Source of the DNA: Heterodontus francisci | Lineage: Eukaryota | NCBI RefSeq assembly: GCF_036365525.1 | Contig: NC_090376.1 | Span: 112,275,651-112,339,650 of the forward strand | DNA: 64,000 nt | Direction of reading: 5' to 3' | In this document: piece after piece, positions 11,273 through 23,169 of the stretch | How positions within the stretch are numbered: the stretch's first letter is position 1 | How the letters are laid out: each line of letters starts with the position of its first letter | Made by a program: the position numbers and the translations under genes | The notes under the pieces: model-generated | Database searches by the model: none | What the model saw: the letters and a program-made list of their open reading frames with translations, nothing else | What the model was told of the DNA's origin: nothing

Positions 11273-13085
11273 ATGGCTGCAAAGAAGAGAAGAATTGAGA
11301 GGAAAATCAAGAATTCCAAGATAACTGGACTGATTCATTTGCATTCATCCCAAATTCGGCTGACTTCCCTGTGTGTCTCATTTGCAATGAGTAATTCACC
11401 AACAAGAAAGTAAATCTTGAGAGATACTTCACTAAAAAGAACAGTGCCTTAGCCGAAAATTATCCAGCTGGAGATCCCCAAAAGAAAGCGGTGGAGGAGC
11501 TGAAGAATAAGAACAAATCTAGGAACACATTCGCAAAGTGGGTGAAATCATCAGGTAGCTCAACTACTGCTAGATTTGTGGCAACTCAAGAGATTGTGAA
11601 ATGAGGAAAGCTGTTCACAGATGGCGAATATGTAAAAGAGTGCTTTATCAAAGTCTCAGAGCAGCTGTGCAGTGATTTTAAAAACAGAAACAAAATTATT
11701 CAAAATTAAAGACATGCCTTTACCTGTGAAGACTATGGAAATGGCCACAGAAATCACCCGCCAGCAGATTGGGGATATAAATTCAGCTTTATGCATCTCA
11801 ATTGCTTGTGCAATGTTGATAATATTGCACAGATTGCTTTTCTTTGCAGGTATGTGAATTCCAAGGGATCCCAAGAGGAGCTCATTGACTTGGTGCCCCA
11901 TTAAAAACAAACAAGGGAGGAAGATATTTTCTCAGCTATTATTGACTGCCTAAAGATGAAAGGAAAACATACCGACAATGTAATTTCAGTCGCTACTGAT
12001 GGGGAGCCAAGTATGAGAGGGACAAACAAGGGTTTTCTTGCTCTGTTGCAGAAAATGCTGGATCACAATGTGATATCATTTCATTGCATAATTCACCAAG
12101 AAGCATCCTGCACCCAAACATTTCCTCCTGAGTTCACGGTTATGAATATAGTTAACAAAGTAATGGCGAAAGGATTAAACAACCTGTAGTTCTGTGAACC
12201 TCTTAAATAGGTCAACTGTCAATATGCAGACATTCTTCGCCACAACAAGGCATGTTGATTTTCCAGAAGGAAGAGTTCTTGTGTGTTTTTCAACCTGTTT
12301 GGAAGAAGTGAAGGTGTTAATGCAAGAAAAGGGCTGTGACTATGCAGAGTTATTAGACTGGCTGCTGAAAAACTAAAGGAAAGGGAAACACAGCTTTCTC
12401 ATTTTTGGAAGAAGTACTTTCATTTGAGCTCAAGTTAACACTGTTTGCAAATGGCATCATTTGCTCCCTTGCTTACTTCCCATTTGCAAAACAATTCAAA
12501 GAACAGGTAGACTGTATAATTGATAAGGAAAACCTAAAAGATGTGATTCTGAAAATGTAAGAAGCTTTTGCAGGACATTTTCAGGAATTTAGAAAGGAAA
12601 GAGCAACTTTACAATTTGTGTTCAAACCTCTTGAAGCAGACACCTCGGCACTCAACATTTTAGCATTTTCAGAAGTGAGCAAAGCAGAATTAGAACTTGA
12701 ACGGGCAGATTTGCAAGGCAAGGACATATGAGCCTCAATTCAAAAGTTTGGTAACGCAATTTGAAGATCTGGAAAGAGAGAAATCTACCTTGGCACTTCA
12801 ACACAGGTGGGCTAAAATGCATGATCTTAAAAAACAAGACCAAACTTTGTTTAAAGCTTGGAATTCTTTGTCAGATAGTTACTGTAAATTGAAGAGATGC
12901 GCATATGGCATACTGTCTGTAGTTGGATCTACTCACCTGTGTGAAGAGCTGTTTTCAAGTATGAATTTCATAACAAGCAGGTTGAGAAGCCAATTGAATG
13001 ATGAAAGATTATAGGCCTGCTTGAAAATGAGAACGACAGCGTACTGTCCAGATATGAAACAATTCTCCAAAGAAATCACGTTAAA
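11273..13085 (+). pseudogene. hAT transposase (GTF2IRD2/EPM2AIP1/ZBED5-like group), disrupted
   Basis: Motifs MAAKKRR.., PVCLIC, FTDGEYVKECF, SVATDGEPSMRG, FHCIIHQEA and GSTHLCEELFSSMNFI..RSQLNDERL. Confidence 0.88.
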
Positions 13086-14055
13086 GTAAGTTATTCTTTC
13101 TCATTTAAGGAAGGAGATACTATTAATTAAATGGCTTGTTTCAATGTTTGAAACTTTTACACATTGTACTTGTAAAAAAGCATCATTCAATTAGCAACTT
13201 ATTGTCAAATGTTTTAAAATGTTGTTGATAAACATATGTCCTTTTTCATTGATAGTTAATACATGTATGTTTATGAGCATCAATGAAATGGTGTTACATA
13301 GAAATCCATAAATGTGTTTCTGTCTTGTTTCTCATTATTATTGGCGCTTGAGTAACAGCATTGCGGCTCTTAAGATATTCTGTTTTCGATTAAATGTTTA
13401 AAAATGGTTCTTCTTGTCATTAACGGTGCAGACCAATGGAATAGTTGATCAAATCGAATAGTGCATCAATCAAACTTACCCATCACATGAAAAAAGGAAG
13501 TCTCTCTCTGATTTTCAGTCATATTCTGATTTGTTTTCTTCTCATATTTTATATATTAGTTGACCTACTATGGCATTGCTTGTGGATGCAAAAATTAAAA
13601 CATGGACAACTGTCTGTCTCCTTGTCTTGCATTGTCAAATTATTTCTGTCTTCCTATAAATTTTCTATTTTTATTTATTCAATCTTTCTCCTCTCTTATT
13701 GGCTCTCACTTGTCACTTCTTTGTCTTTGTTTCTTTGGGCTGAATTTAATGAGCCTATTGCAGGTCCCAGCAGCAGACCCGAAAGTGGACATCGTCCCCA
13801 CTAGTTAAGTGTGCAGCAGGCCCAGTGCAATCAAGCGGCGGGCAGCCACTTAAATAATGGAGGCGCGGGGGCCTATCATGTGATGAGGGAGGGATTCAAG
13901 GTGCCGAATATGGCGTCAGATGACTCCAGAGCAGCTGCTGGCACCATATTTAAAGGCCTGCCAGCCCTGCTTTCATCGCTGTCTCATACATATTTGCTGT
14001 TTCATGATCTCTGCTGAAGCCATAGCTGGAGTAACTCCTGGACCCCCCACGACCT

Positions 14056-15767
14056 GATGAAGGACACCCCAGGACGGCAGAGGCAAGACACAGGTGGCTC
14101 CACAGTTTAGCAATGCCTCCCTCGAGATTCTCCTCCAAGCTGCAAGGTAAATGTGGGAGGTAATTTTCCCCAGCGATGGCAAGAAGAGGTTCTCCCACCT
14201 GACCAAGAAAGACGGGGGGATGATCACAGCGGGGGTCAGCAGCTGTGGGGTCATCCCCCCAAACATGGGTCCAGTGTCGCAAGAGGGTCAATGACCTCCT
14301 TCATTCTGCCAAGGTGAGTGCTCCACACCCCTATCCTTTTTAGGGATCGCATGTGGCTACACAGGAGGAAGTGTGACATGGGGAGGGAGGCACCACAAAG
14401 GCACTGACAGAGTGGGTTAAGCATCATCTCATCCTAACAGATGCATGGATGCATCTCGGCCACAGGCCATCTTCTTTCACAGCTCATCCCCATTAACTCC
14501 ACTGACAGCTGATATGAGGATGAGCTGTTTAGGAAACCCCAGCAGGGGACGAGGTGCTGCCACTTGCAGAACTATCATGTTGATCTCTCTGCGAAGTATG
14601 ACCATTTCCCTCTTTCCACTAATAGAACAAGAGAGCCCGTATCATCTGGGAGACATTGTGGACTGGCAGAGGAATACCAGACATCCAGCCTCTCTTGACA
14701 GCTGAAGTGGAGGCACTGGAATTATTATGGACTCAGGGAGGCTGCTTAATAGCAGATGATGAAACTGGAGTCTCTGCGCAAGAGAGTGAGGATTGTCTTC
14801 AAATGACATACAGTTTATTTCCAAGATCCGCATCACGCATGGTTGGCATGATGAGATCTGCACAGCCTAACCCACACATGTTTATGTTCTCTCATGTAGG
14901 TCGGCATTTGCAGAAGACTGCAGCAGAAGGGGGAGATCATTCAACCTCTGAGGAGCAGCAGTCAGAGGAAGCATTGTCACATGACTCTCCTTCACCTTCC
15001 ACCAGCGCAGATACTTTCACCTCAGTTGGTTTCCACTCAGCTCTTGAATCAGGGTCACCAGCTTGTGAGAGCACCGCACACACGCTTGAGCAGCTGGATG
15101 AGGCTGAGACAGCCAAGGCCTCTGGCCCCAGGCTAATGACAAGCCTCTGTTATAGGCAACACAGGGCATGCCAGATTTTCAGACAGAGGTAAGGCAATAT
15201 CGGGCGGAGATGCCAGAGGCCATGCGGATGATGGAGCCATGCCATGAGTGCTGCCATGTCTCAGATGTGTGAGCGCATGGCTTCCTCCACCGAGAGATTG
15301 ACAACCCTCATGTAGAGCCAGATCTCGCAGATGCATGCAGACCTGCACACCATCGTCTTGGCCATAAGCTTGACACAGCTGTGGTAAGGTGAGAGAAGGA
15401 CAAGGCCCAGGGATTCTTCTCCAGCACCTCATCCTTCTCTGGTCAGCAGATAGGTTCAAGTGAGTCTTGAAAGGGAGGAGGAGAGCCTGACCTCCACAGC
15501 TGAGGGCTCCTTCAAGTTGCTCTGAGTGTGGACAGTGGCTCCTCAGCCCTTCCACCGGTCAGCCCAGTTCCAGCAACCGCAATGCCTGAGGAGAGTCCGG
15601 CACCTGTGCAGGAAACCTTAAGGCAGGCAGGACCCTCCAGGCCTCAGGCAGCCAAAGAACAGCTGCCAAAGTTTCCCAGGCCAAGGGGCGACCTAATCAG
15701 CAGCCTGCCTCCAGCCCAGGTGCTGTTGCGGAGTTTACACCTTGTTGAAGCATTCAAAAACATGTAA
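14056..15767 (+). pseudogene. Harbinger Myb/SANT-like DNA-binding accessory gene (intron-containing), decayed
   Basis: APQFSNASLEILLQ..EVIFPSDG..TWVQCRKRVNDL, then a donor aag/gtgagt at ~14313 and Ser/Glu-rich downstream segments. Confidence 0.75.
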
Positions 15768-16085
15768 AGAAAACCACCTAGACACACTGGGCTTTCATGG
15801 GTATTTGAAATATTCCATTTTCTGTCTTATAATTTTTTCTTCGCTTTTGAAGTTAACTTTCATTGTGGAAAATGCTTATTCTTTCATTCCTTAATTGTGA
15901 GATGCTAACTTCACCCTTCTCCCTCACTAGGCTGCCAGTGTAGGAACAGCCCTCATTTGGTCAGTGTCCCCCAGGGGCCATAGTGTATGGTTAAGCTGGG
16001 CGCTAGGCAAAGAACCCAAATAGAAAGGAGGCAACAGACTCAGTGCATTGTGGTGAGTCTTTATTGATTTCTCTCTGAGAGGCCA

Positions 16086-17200
16086 TCATGGTATCTGGAA
16101 ACGGGTAAGTATAAGACTGTCTTTTGCCTCCTTGGCCCGTCGCTCAATGTGCCTGGACTCCACTGCAAGGGGTTCAACATTCAGTGCTGCTTGGTCATCA
16201 CCCTCCTCCACGTCCTCCTCGTCGGTTGAGGATTGGCGGTCAATCATGTCCTTGCCATGCAAGGCCTCACCCCTCTGCAGTGCTAAATTTTCAGAGCACA
16301 GCAGACCACCGCCATGTATGAGACCCCCACTGCAGGGCTCCACTGGATCAATCAAGGCACTGGAATCTCATCTTTAGCAGCCCAATGGCCTGGTTGATGG
16401 TTTCTCAGGTAGATGGTGGCAAGTTATATACCTCTCGTCTGTTGCTGTGTGAGAGTTCCTCACAAGTGTCAATCGCCATGGCTTCAATACATCCCTGAAG
16501 GTGAGGGGGGGTGCCTGAAAAGCTGTGTTACCTGGGACTGTCGAAGTATGTAGGTGTTGCGACTGCTTCCCAGAAAGTACACACACACCTGCAGGAAATG
16601 CTTCCGGTCATTACAGACCAGTTGAACATTGATGGAATGGAAACCTTTTCTGTTCATGAAGGTGGCTAGCTGATCCATTGGAGCATTGATGGCTACATGG
16701 CATGCAGTGTATCACACTTTGCACCTGGGGAATTCCAGCGATGGTCTCAAGTCCAATGGCCCTCTTGGACTGACTGTCAGGGTTGGTCCAGTAGCGCACA
16801 TAGTCGCGGCTTTCATGAGCAAAGCATTGGTCATCTCCTTGAAGCAGCGGTGGGCTGCTGCCTGATAGATGCCACACATGTGCCCAGTGAATCCTTGGAA
16901 TGATCCAGATGTATAAAAGTTGAGTGTCATTGTGATTTTCAAGGTCACTGCCACAGGGTAACCACCTAATCCCATAGGTTGCAACCCATCCTGAAGCATG
17001 ATGCATAAGTCGATGATGGCCTCCCTGGAGAGCTGTAGTTTTCACTGACAATTCACTTGGACACTTGGACATTTGGAGGTAGTTGATTTGAATCCGGTAC
17101 AGTCTCTGGCACAGGTGGGCCCTTCGTGGCATGGCTGGCTACTGCAGCTTTTGTTGTGGAGCTGCCTCCTGGCCCTCCCTCCGCTGGAGATGCTGCATCA
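16086..17200 (-). pseudogene. Harbinger (HARBI1-type) transposase, disrupted
   Basis: Motifs LNFYTSGSFQG, FMNRKGFHSINVQLVCN, YILRQSQV and an acidic C-terminus ending LILTRF. Confidence 0.88.
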
Positions 17201-18273
17201 CGCTACAGGGGTTCACATAGACCTGGTGTATGAGACCCATTCCAGGTGATCAGTAAACCTCCAAAGTGCTTTCCTTGCAGAGATGAAGTTGCCTTGGGAC
17301 CTTTGCCTTTGCTATTCCTCTCGGCTGTCTCACTATTGACCCTCAGAGCCCACCATTGCTGATAGCCAACCCTCTCACCTGATAATATGGCCACCCGACC
17401 CTCTCACCCAGCTGTATGGTCATCCGGTACTGCCACTCAAGACGAAGCCATTCCTGTGCAAACCACCCAAGAGCAAGCCTGCCTTGGCAGAGTACCCAAG
17501 ACCAAGTCCCCCTGTCATACAGACCACCCGAGACCAAGCCCACCCGTGCAGACCACCCGAGACCTAGCCCACCCGTGCAGAGTTTAAAGCACTGCAGGCC
17601 GACAATGGCCTCCACTTCCTCCTCTTTCCCTATCTACTACTGGTCATGGCTGCCTACCCGCCGTGGCACTGAGGCCTCACCTCGGTGCCGCCAGCTTTCA
17701 ACAGCTGGAGATCTGAAGGTACGTGAGGGCTGCACGTCATCCATTGAATTCCAAGTCCCTCATTGAATCACGATCAATTTCATGCCTATGTATTAAAAGT
17801 AAGCATTCTGCAGTGTCGGGGTGGTGAAGCCACCTTGGTGTTTTCCCACCAATGTCTAAATTCAGAAGTGATGTCACAAAGTCATATTTCTGGACGGACT
17901 CATCCGACGCTATTCTCCAGCCCCCCTCGCTTTCATTCCTGCTCCAAACGGTCTCACTAAATTCAGCCCTTTGTGTCCAACTCTTTGTCTCTCTATGTAA
18001 CCTTGTCTTTCCCTGGGCATTTCCTTGGGCATTTTCCTGGGCAGGTTTGGGAGCAAGAGTGTGGAGCTACAGCATGAGGTGGACTTGCGAGGGATGAAGA
18101 GATGGTAAACTTTTTATGACATAGATAAATTTAATCCACAACACAGAATTAGAGCAAATCGCATTTAGATTTTCTATTTTAGTCCCAATATTGATCCATG
18201 AATGATGATTAATAGAAATACAAGTTTCAATTTAAGGACTGGAGCTTTTGAAATATGAATATAATATCATATT

Positions 18274-19130
18274 TAATCTAATTACAAAATTATAAGTAAT
18301 TTAAATTCAGCATTTTCAAAAATAATTAGTGGGCCATAAATAATTATAATGTAGCTATTCCATTCAGGACTATTGTACTGAAAATAAAGAAAGCAGAAAT
18401 CAGTGAAAATATTTTACATTGGATGCATAATTGGTTAACCCAAACAACCCACAGGGTTGTGGTACAGGAATTATCATCTGCCTGTTGGAATGTTACAAGT
18501 GGAACATAGGAAACATAGAAACATAGGAGCAGCTGGTAGGCCATTCAGCCCTTCGAGTCTGCTCGGCCATTCACTGGCTGATCGACTGATCATCTACCTC
18601 AACGCCACTTTCCTGCATTATCCCCATATCCCTTGCTGTCATTGGTATCCAGATAGCTATTGATTTCTATCTTGAACATGCTCAATGATTGAGTTTCCAC
18701 AGACTCTGGTGTAGAGAATTCCAAAGATTCATCAACCTCTGAGAGACGAAATTCCTCCACATCTCAGTCTTAAATGGCCTTACCCTTATTCTGAGACTAT
18801 GGGCTGGATTTTACCTTAGGCGGACGGGAATTTGGCATCAACGTAAATCAAAGGGCTGAATAGCCTACCAGCTGCTCCTATGTTTCTATGTTTCCTATGT
18901 TTCACTTGTAACATTCCAACAGGCAGATGATAATTCCTGTACCACAACTCTGTGGGTTCTTTGGGTTTACCAGTGATGCATCCAATGTAAAATATTTTCA
19001 CTGATTCCTGCTTTCTATGTTTTCAGTACAATAGTCTTGAATGGAATAGTTTCATTATAATTATTTTTGGACCACTAATTATTTTTGAAAATGCTGAATT
19101 TAAATTACTTATAATTTTGTAATTAGATTA
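18274..19130. repeat. 280-bp inverted duplication (arms 18274-18553 and 18851-19130)
   Basis: The arms are reverse complements with scattered substitutions. ORFs 18457+ and 18816- share the peptide WYRNYHLPVGMLQV.HRKHRNIGAAGR. Confidence 0.95.
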
Positions 19131-20498
19131 CGGGTCCCCGGGCTTTAACTGTCCCGAGGCAGGACTTCCACCCGCTTGAGGGAGGAAGCCCCGCCACAGT
19201 GAACTGCCGGCCAATCAGCAGGCTGGCAGCTCATAGGCTCATAGTCCCAGCAGCACCGCCGGGAGCGGTAGCCACTGCTGGGACTGCAGCCCAGATGACA
19301 ACATGGAGCCAGGAGGGAAGGTAAGTTGGGTATACCTCACCAGGGAGATCGGTCATGCCCTGGTGAGGCTGCAGTGGTCATTTGGGGGGAGGGTGGCATC
19401 TTGGGCCCGGGGGTGGGTTGGGAGGTGAGGGCGGCCCTCAATCGGGCACCCTGTGCCCAACTGTCATGGGCACCCCCCCCACCCCGGCACGCGGAAAGGC
19501 CAGCAGCTATCACTGGGCGGCATTTCACGTCCCCAGCTCGCCCGCTTGCCACGGGTAAAATACCTGTGGAGGCAGGCGAGGGCCCTTAAGTAGCCATTAA
19601 GTAGCCACTTAAGGGCCTTGATTGGCCTTGGGCGGGCGGGCCGTTTTCCCCAAACCCCCCCACCCCCACCTGACTGCCGTAAATTTGACCGGAGGCAGGA
19701 GCGGGGCGGATAGGCCTCCGGAGACTCCCGCTCAATTTTACACTGCCCCCATCTGCCCTCATGCCACTATCCGACTTGCTGAGGCAGCGTGAAATTCAGC
19801 CCTATATCCTCTGGTTCTAGACTCACCAGCCAGGGGAAACATCCTATCTACATCCACCCTATCACGCCCTGTAAGAATTTTGTAATTTTCAATGAGCTCT
19901 CCTCTCATTCTTCGAAACTCTACAGAATACAGACCCTGTTTCCTCCATCTCTCCTCATAGGTCAATCCTGCCATCCCAGGGATTAGTCTGGTGAGCCTCC
20001 GTTACATTCCCTTTGTGGCAAGTATATCCTTCCTTAGATGAGGAGTCCAAAACTGTATACAATACTCCAGGTGTGGTCTCACCAAGGCTCTATACAATTG
20101 CAGCAAGATTTCTTTACTCCTGTACTCAAAATCCCTTATGATGAAGGCCAACATACCATTTGCCTTCCTAATTGCCTGCTGCACCTGCATGCTAGCTTTT
20201 AGTCACTCATGAACAAGGACACACAGGTGCCTTTGGACATTGATATTTCCCAAACTTTCACCATTTGTGAAATACTCTTTCTGTTTTTTGTACAAAAGTG
20301 GATCACTTCACACTTATTCACATTATATTCCATCTGCCATGTTCTTGCCCATTCACTTAGCCTGTCCAAGTCCCCCTGAAGCCTCCTTGCATCCTCCTCA
20401 CAACTTACATTCCCACCTAGTTTTGTATCATCAGCAAGTTTGGCGATATTACATTTGGTCCCCATATTCAAATCATTTATATAGATTGTGAACAGCTG
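18500..20498 (-). mobile_element. CR1 3' half (RT to 3' tail), interrupted by a Harbinger MITE
   Basis: Tandem aacatag(g/a) tail at ~18503-18525 and motifs KLADDTK and VRPHLEYCIQFW. The sequence is continuous across the MITE. Confidence 0.88.
18801..19802. mobile_element. Non-autonomous Harbinger element (MITE-like)
   Basis: TIRs GGGCTGGATTTTAC / GTGAAATTCAGCCC with TSD TAT and a GC-rich non-coding interior. Confidence 0.88.
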
Positions 20499-20547
20499 TG
20501 GAAAGGGAAAGATAGGGCCAATTAGTGACCAAAAAGGAGACCTTCTT

Positions 20548-22716
20548 AACATAGAAATGTGGATAATAGGAGCAGGAGTAGGCCATTCGGCACTTCGGGC
20601 CTGCTCCGCCATTCAAAAAAGATCATGGCTGATCGTCTAATTCAGTACCCTGCTCCCGCTTTCTCCCCATATCCCTTGATCCCTTTGGCATTAGTAAATA
20701 TCTCTATCTCCTTTGTGAATATATTTAATGACTTGGCCTCCACTGCCTTCTGTGGTGGAGAATTCCACAGGTTCACCACCCTATAAATGAAGAAATTTCT
20801 CCACATCTCGGTTCTAAATGGCATACCCCGTATCCTGAGACTGTGACCCCTGGTTCTGGACTCCCCAGTCATCGGGAACGCCCTCCCTGCATCTAGCCTG
20901 TCTAGTCCTGTTAGAATTTTATAGGTTTCTATGAGATCCCCTCTCATTCTTCTAAACTCCAGTGAATATAGGCCTAGTCGACCCAATTTCTACTCATATG
21001 TCAATCCTGCCATCCCAGAAATCAGCCTAGTAAATCCTTTTTGCACTCCCTCCATGGCAAGAACATCCTGCATCAGATAAGGAGACCAAAACTCAACACA
21101 ATACTCCAGATGTGGTCTCACCAAGGCCCTGTATAACTGCAGTAAGACATCCTTGCTCCTGTACTCAAATCCTCTTGCAATGAAGGCCAACATACCATTT
21201 GCCTTCCTAACTGCTTGCTGCACCTGAATGCTTGCTTTCAGCGACTGGTGTACAAGGACACCCAGGTCTCATTGCACCTCCCCTTTTCCCAATCTATCAC
21301 CATTCAGATAATAATCTGTTTTTCTGTTTTTACAACCAAAGTGGATAACCTCACATTTATCCACATTATACTGCATCTGCCATGCATTTGTCCATTCACC
21401 CAACTTGTCCAAATCACATTGGAGCCTCTTTGCATCCTCCTCACAGCTCACATTCACCATCCCCACCCACCCCCCACCCCCCCAGCTTTGTGTCGTCTGC
21501 AAATTTGGAAATGTTACATTTAGCTCCCTCACCCAAGTTATTAATATATATTGTGAATAGCTGGGGCCCAAACACTGATCGCTGCAGTACCCCACTAGTC
21601 ACTGCCTGCCACCCAGAAAAAGACCCATTTATTCCTACTCTCTGTTTCCTGTCTGTCAACCAATTCTCAGTCCATGCCAGTATATTACCCCCAATCCCAT
21701 GTGCCTTAATTTTGCACACTGGGCGGCACAGTGGTGCAGTGGTTAGCACTGCAGCCTCACAGCTCCAGGGACCCGGGTTCGATTCCAGGTACTGCCTGTG
21801 TGGAGTTTGCAAGTTCTCCCTGTGTCTGCGTGGGTTTTCTCCGGGTGCTCCGGTTTCCTCCCACAAGCCAAAAGACTTGCAGGTTGACAGGTAAATTGGC
21901 CATTATAAATTGTCACTAGTATAGGTAGGTGGTAGGGAAATATAGGGACAGGTGGGGATGTTTGGTAGGAATATAGGATTAGTATAAATGGGTGGTTGAT
22001 GTTCGGCACAGACTCAGTGGGCCGAAGGGCCTGTTTCAGTGCTGTATCTCTAATCTAAAAAGCCTCTTATGTGGGATCTTATCAAAAGCCTTCTGAAAAT
22101 CCAAATACACCACATCCACTAGTTCTCCCTTATCTATTCAATTAGTTACATCCTCAAAAAACTCCAGTAGATTTGTTAAGCATGATTTCCCTTTCATAAA
22201 CCCATGCTGACTTTGTCCAATCCCATTTATGCTTTCCAGGTGTTCTGCTATCACATCCTTTGTAATAGACTCTAGCATTTTCCCCAGTACTGATGTAAGG
22301 CTAACTGGTCTGTAATTCCCTGTTTTTTCTCTCTCTCCTTTTTTCAAAAGTGGGGTTACATTTGCCACTCTCCAATCTGTAGGAACAGCTCCAGAGTCTA
22401 TAGAAATATTGGAAGATGACCACCAATGCATCCAATATTTCCAGGGCCACTTCCTTTAGTACTCTGGGATGTAGATTATCTAGCCTTTAATCCCATTAAT
22501 TTCCCTAGCACTATTTTTTTACTAATACTGATTCCCTTCAGTTCCTCCCTCTCATTAGATACTTGGTTCCCTAACATTTCTGGGAGGTTATTTGTATCCT
22601 CCATTGTGAAGACAGAACCAAAGTATGTGTTTAATTGTTCTGCCATTTCTTTGTTCCCCATTATAATTTCCCCAATTTCTGACTGTAAGGGACCTACATT
22701 TGTCTTCCCTAATCTA
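20548..22716 (-). mobile_element. CR1 RT region to 3' tail, inserted into an older plus-strand CR1
   Basis: ORFs 22138-22431, 21269-21595, 20990-21223 and 20642-20986 are CR1 RT fragments. The flanks join as GKIGPISDQKGDL|VEAEGIA. Confidence 0.88.
21721..22060 (+). mobile_element. tRNA-derived V-SINE (HE1-like)
   Basis: A/B-box head (tggtgcagtgg..ggttcgattcc), V-domain gtgtggagtttgca..ccgggtgctccggtttcctcccaca, and CR1-like tail gggccgaagggcctgtttcagtgctgta. Confidence 0.9.
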
Positions 22717-23120
22717 ATCTTGTGGAGGCAGAGGGCATAGCTAAGGAAGGGATGCTGCAAATGTCACAGTAAAGGAGGAAGTAGGAAAAAAATTGGACAG
22801 GACAAAAGTAAAGAAAAGGCATTTAAAAGATTGGCAATGCTGAAAGTAGAAAAGAGACCCAGTCTGAATGGGATGCATCCTAGTTTGCTGAGGCATGGAA
22901 GGGTGGAAATAATGGAGATTCTGGCCACAATCTTCCAAACCTCTTGGTTATGGGAGTGGTGCCAGAGGACTGGAGGGTTGCAAATATTACACCCCTGTTT
23001 AAAAAGAAGATGGGATAAATCTGGTAACTATAGATCAGTCAGCCTAATGTTGGTGCTGGGATAACTTTTAGAGACAATAATCTGGGACAAAATTTATTGT
23101 CACTTGAAAAAGCATGGAAC
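22717..23120 (+). mobile_element. Old CR1 ORF2 fragment (its upstream piece is at 20499-20547)
   Basis: Motifs LKVEKRPSLNGMHPSLL, PEDWRVANITP and NYRSVSL. Confidence 0.7.
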
Positions 23121-23169
23121 ACCAAATAAATGACAGCTACCTATAGCTTAATGCTTAATATAAGATTTT

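Larger units (their letters stand above)
9680..13438 (+). mobile_element. hAT-Charlie/Buster-type DNA transposon, decayed, carrying a Penelope insertion
   Basis: Left TIR is CAGGGGTTGGCAACC. The right end is degenerate (aaaatggttctt..acggtgcagaccaatg). The 8-bp flanks aagtagat/gaatagtt match 5/8. A transposase remnant lies inside. Confidence 0.8.
13737..17969. mobile_element. PIF/Harbinger transposon, full length, with two convergent genes, decayed
   Basis: TIRs GGGCTGAATTTA / TAAATTCAGCCC with a 3-bp TSD (TTT). Myb/SANT-like gene on +, transposase on -. Confidence 0.92.

Noticed and set aside
11273-13085. Possible domesticated GTF2IRD2/ZBED-like host gene
   Set aside because: It has multiple stops and frameshifts and is flanked by TIR remnants, so it is a dead transposon.
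13445-13804. Hydrophobic 119-aa ORF resembling a membrane protein
   Set aside because: It is T-rich low-complexity DNA running into a Harbinger TIR, with a non-ATG start.
16086-17200. Possible HARBI1 host gene
   Set aside because: The frame is broken, the catalytic motifs are altered, and it lies within a TIR/TSD-bounded element.
21721-21790. tRNA-like sequence with A and B boxes
   Set aside because: It is the head of a V-SINE and runs straight into the V-domain. It is not a complete tRNA gene.
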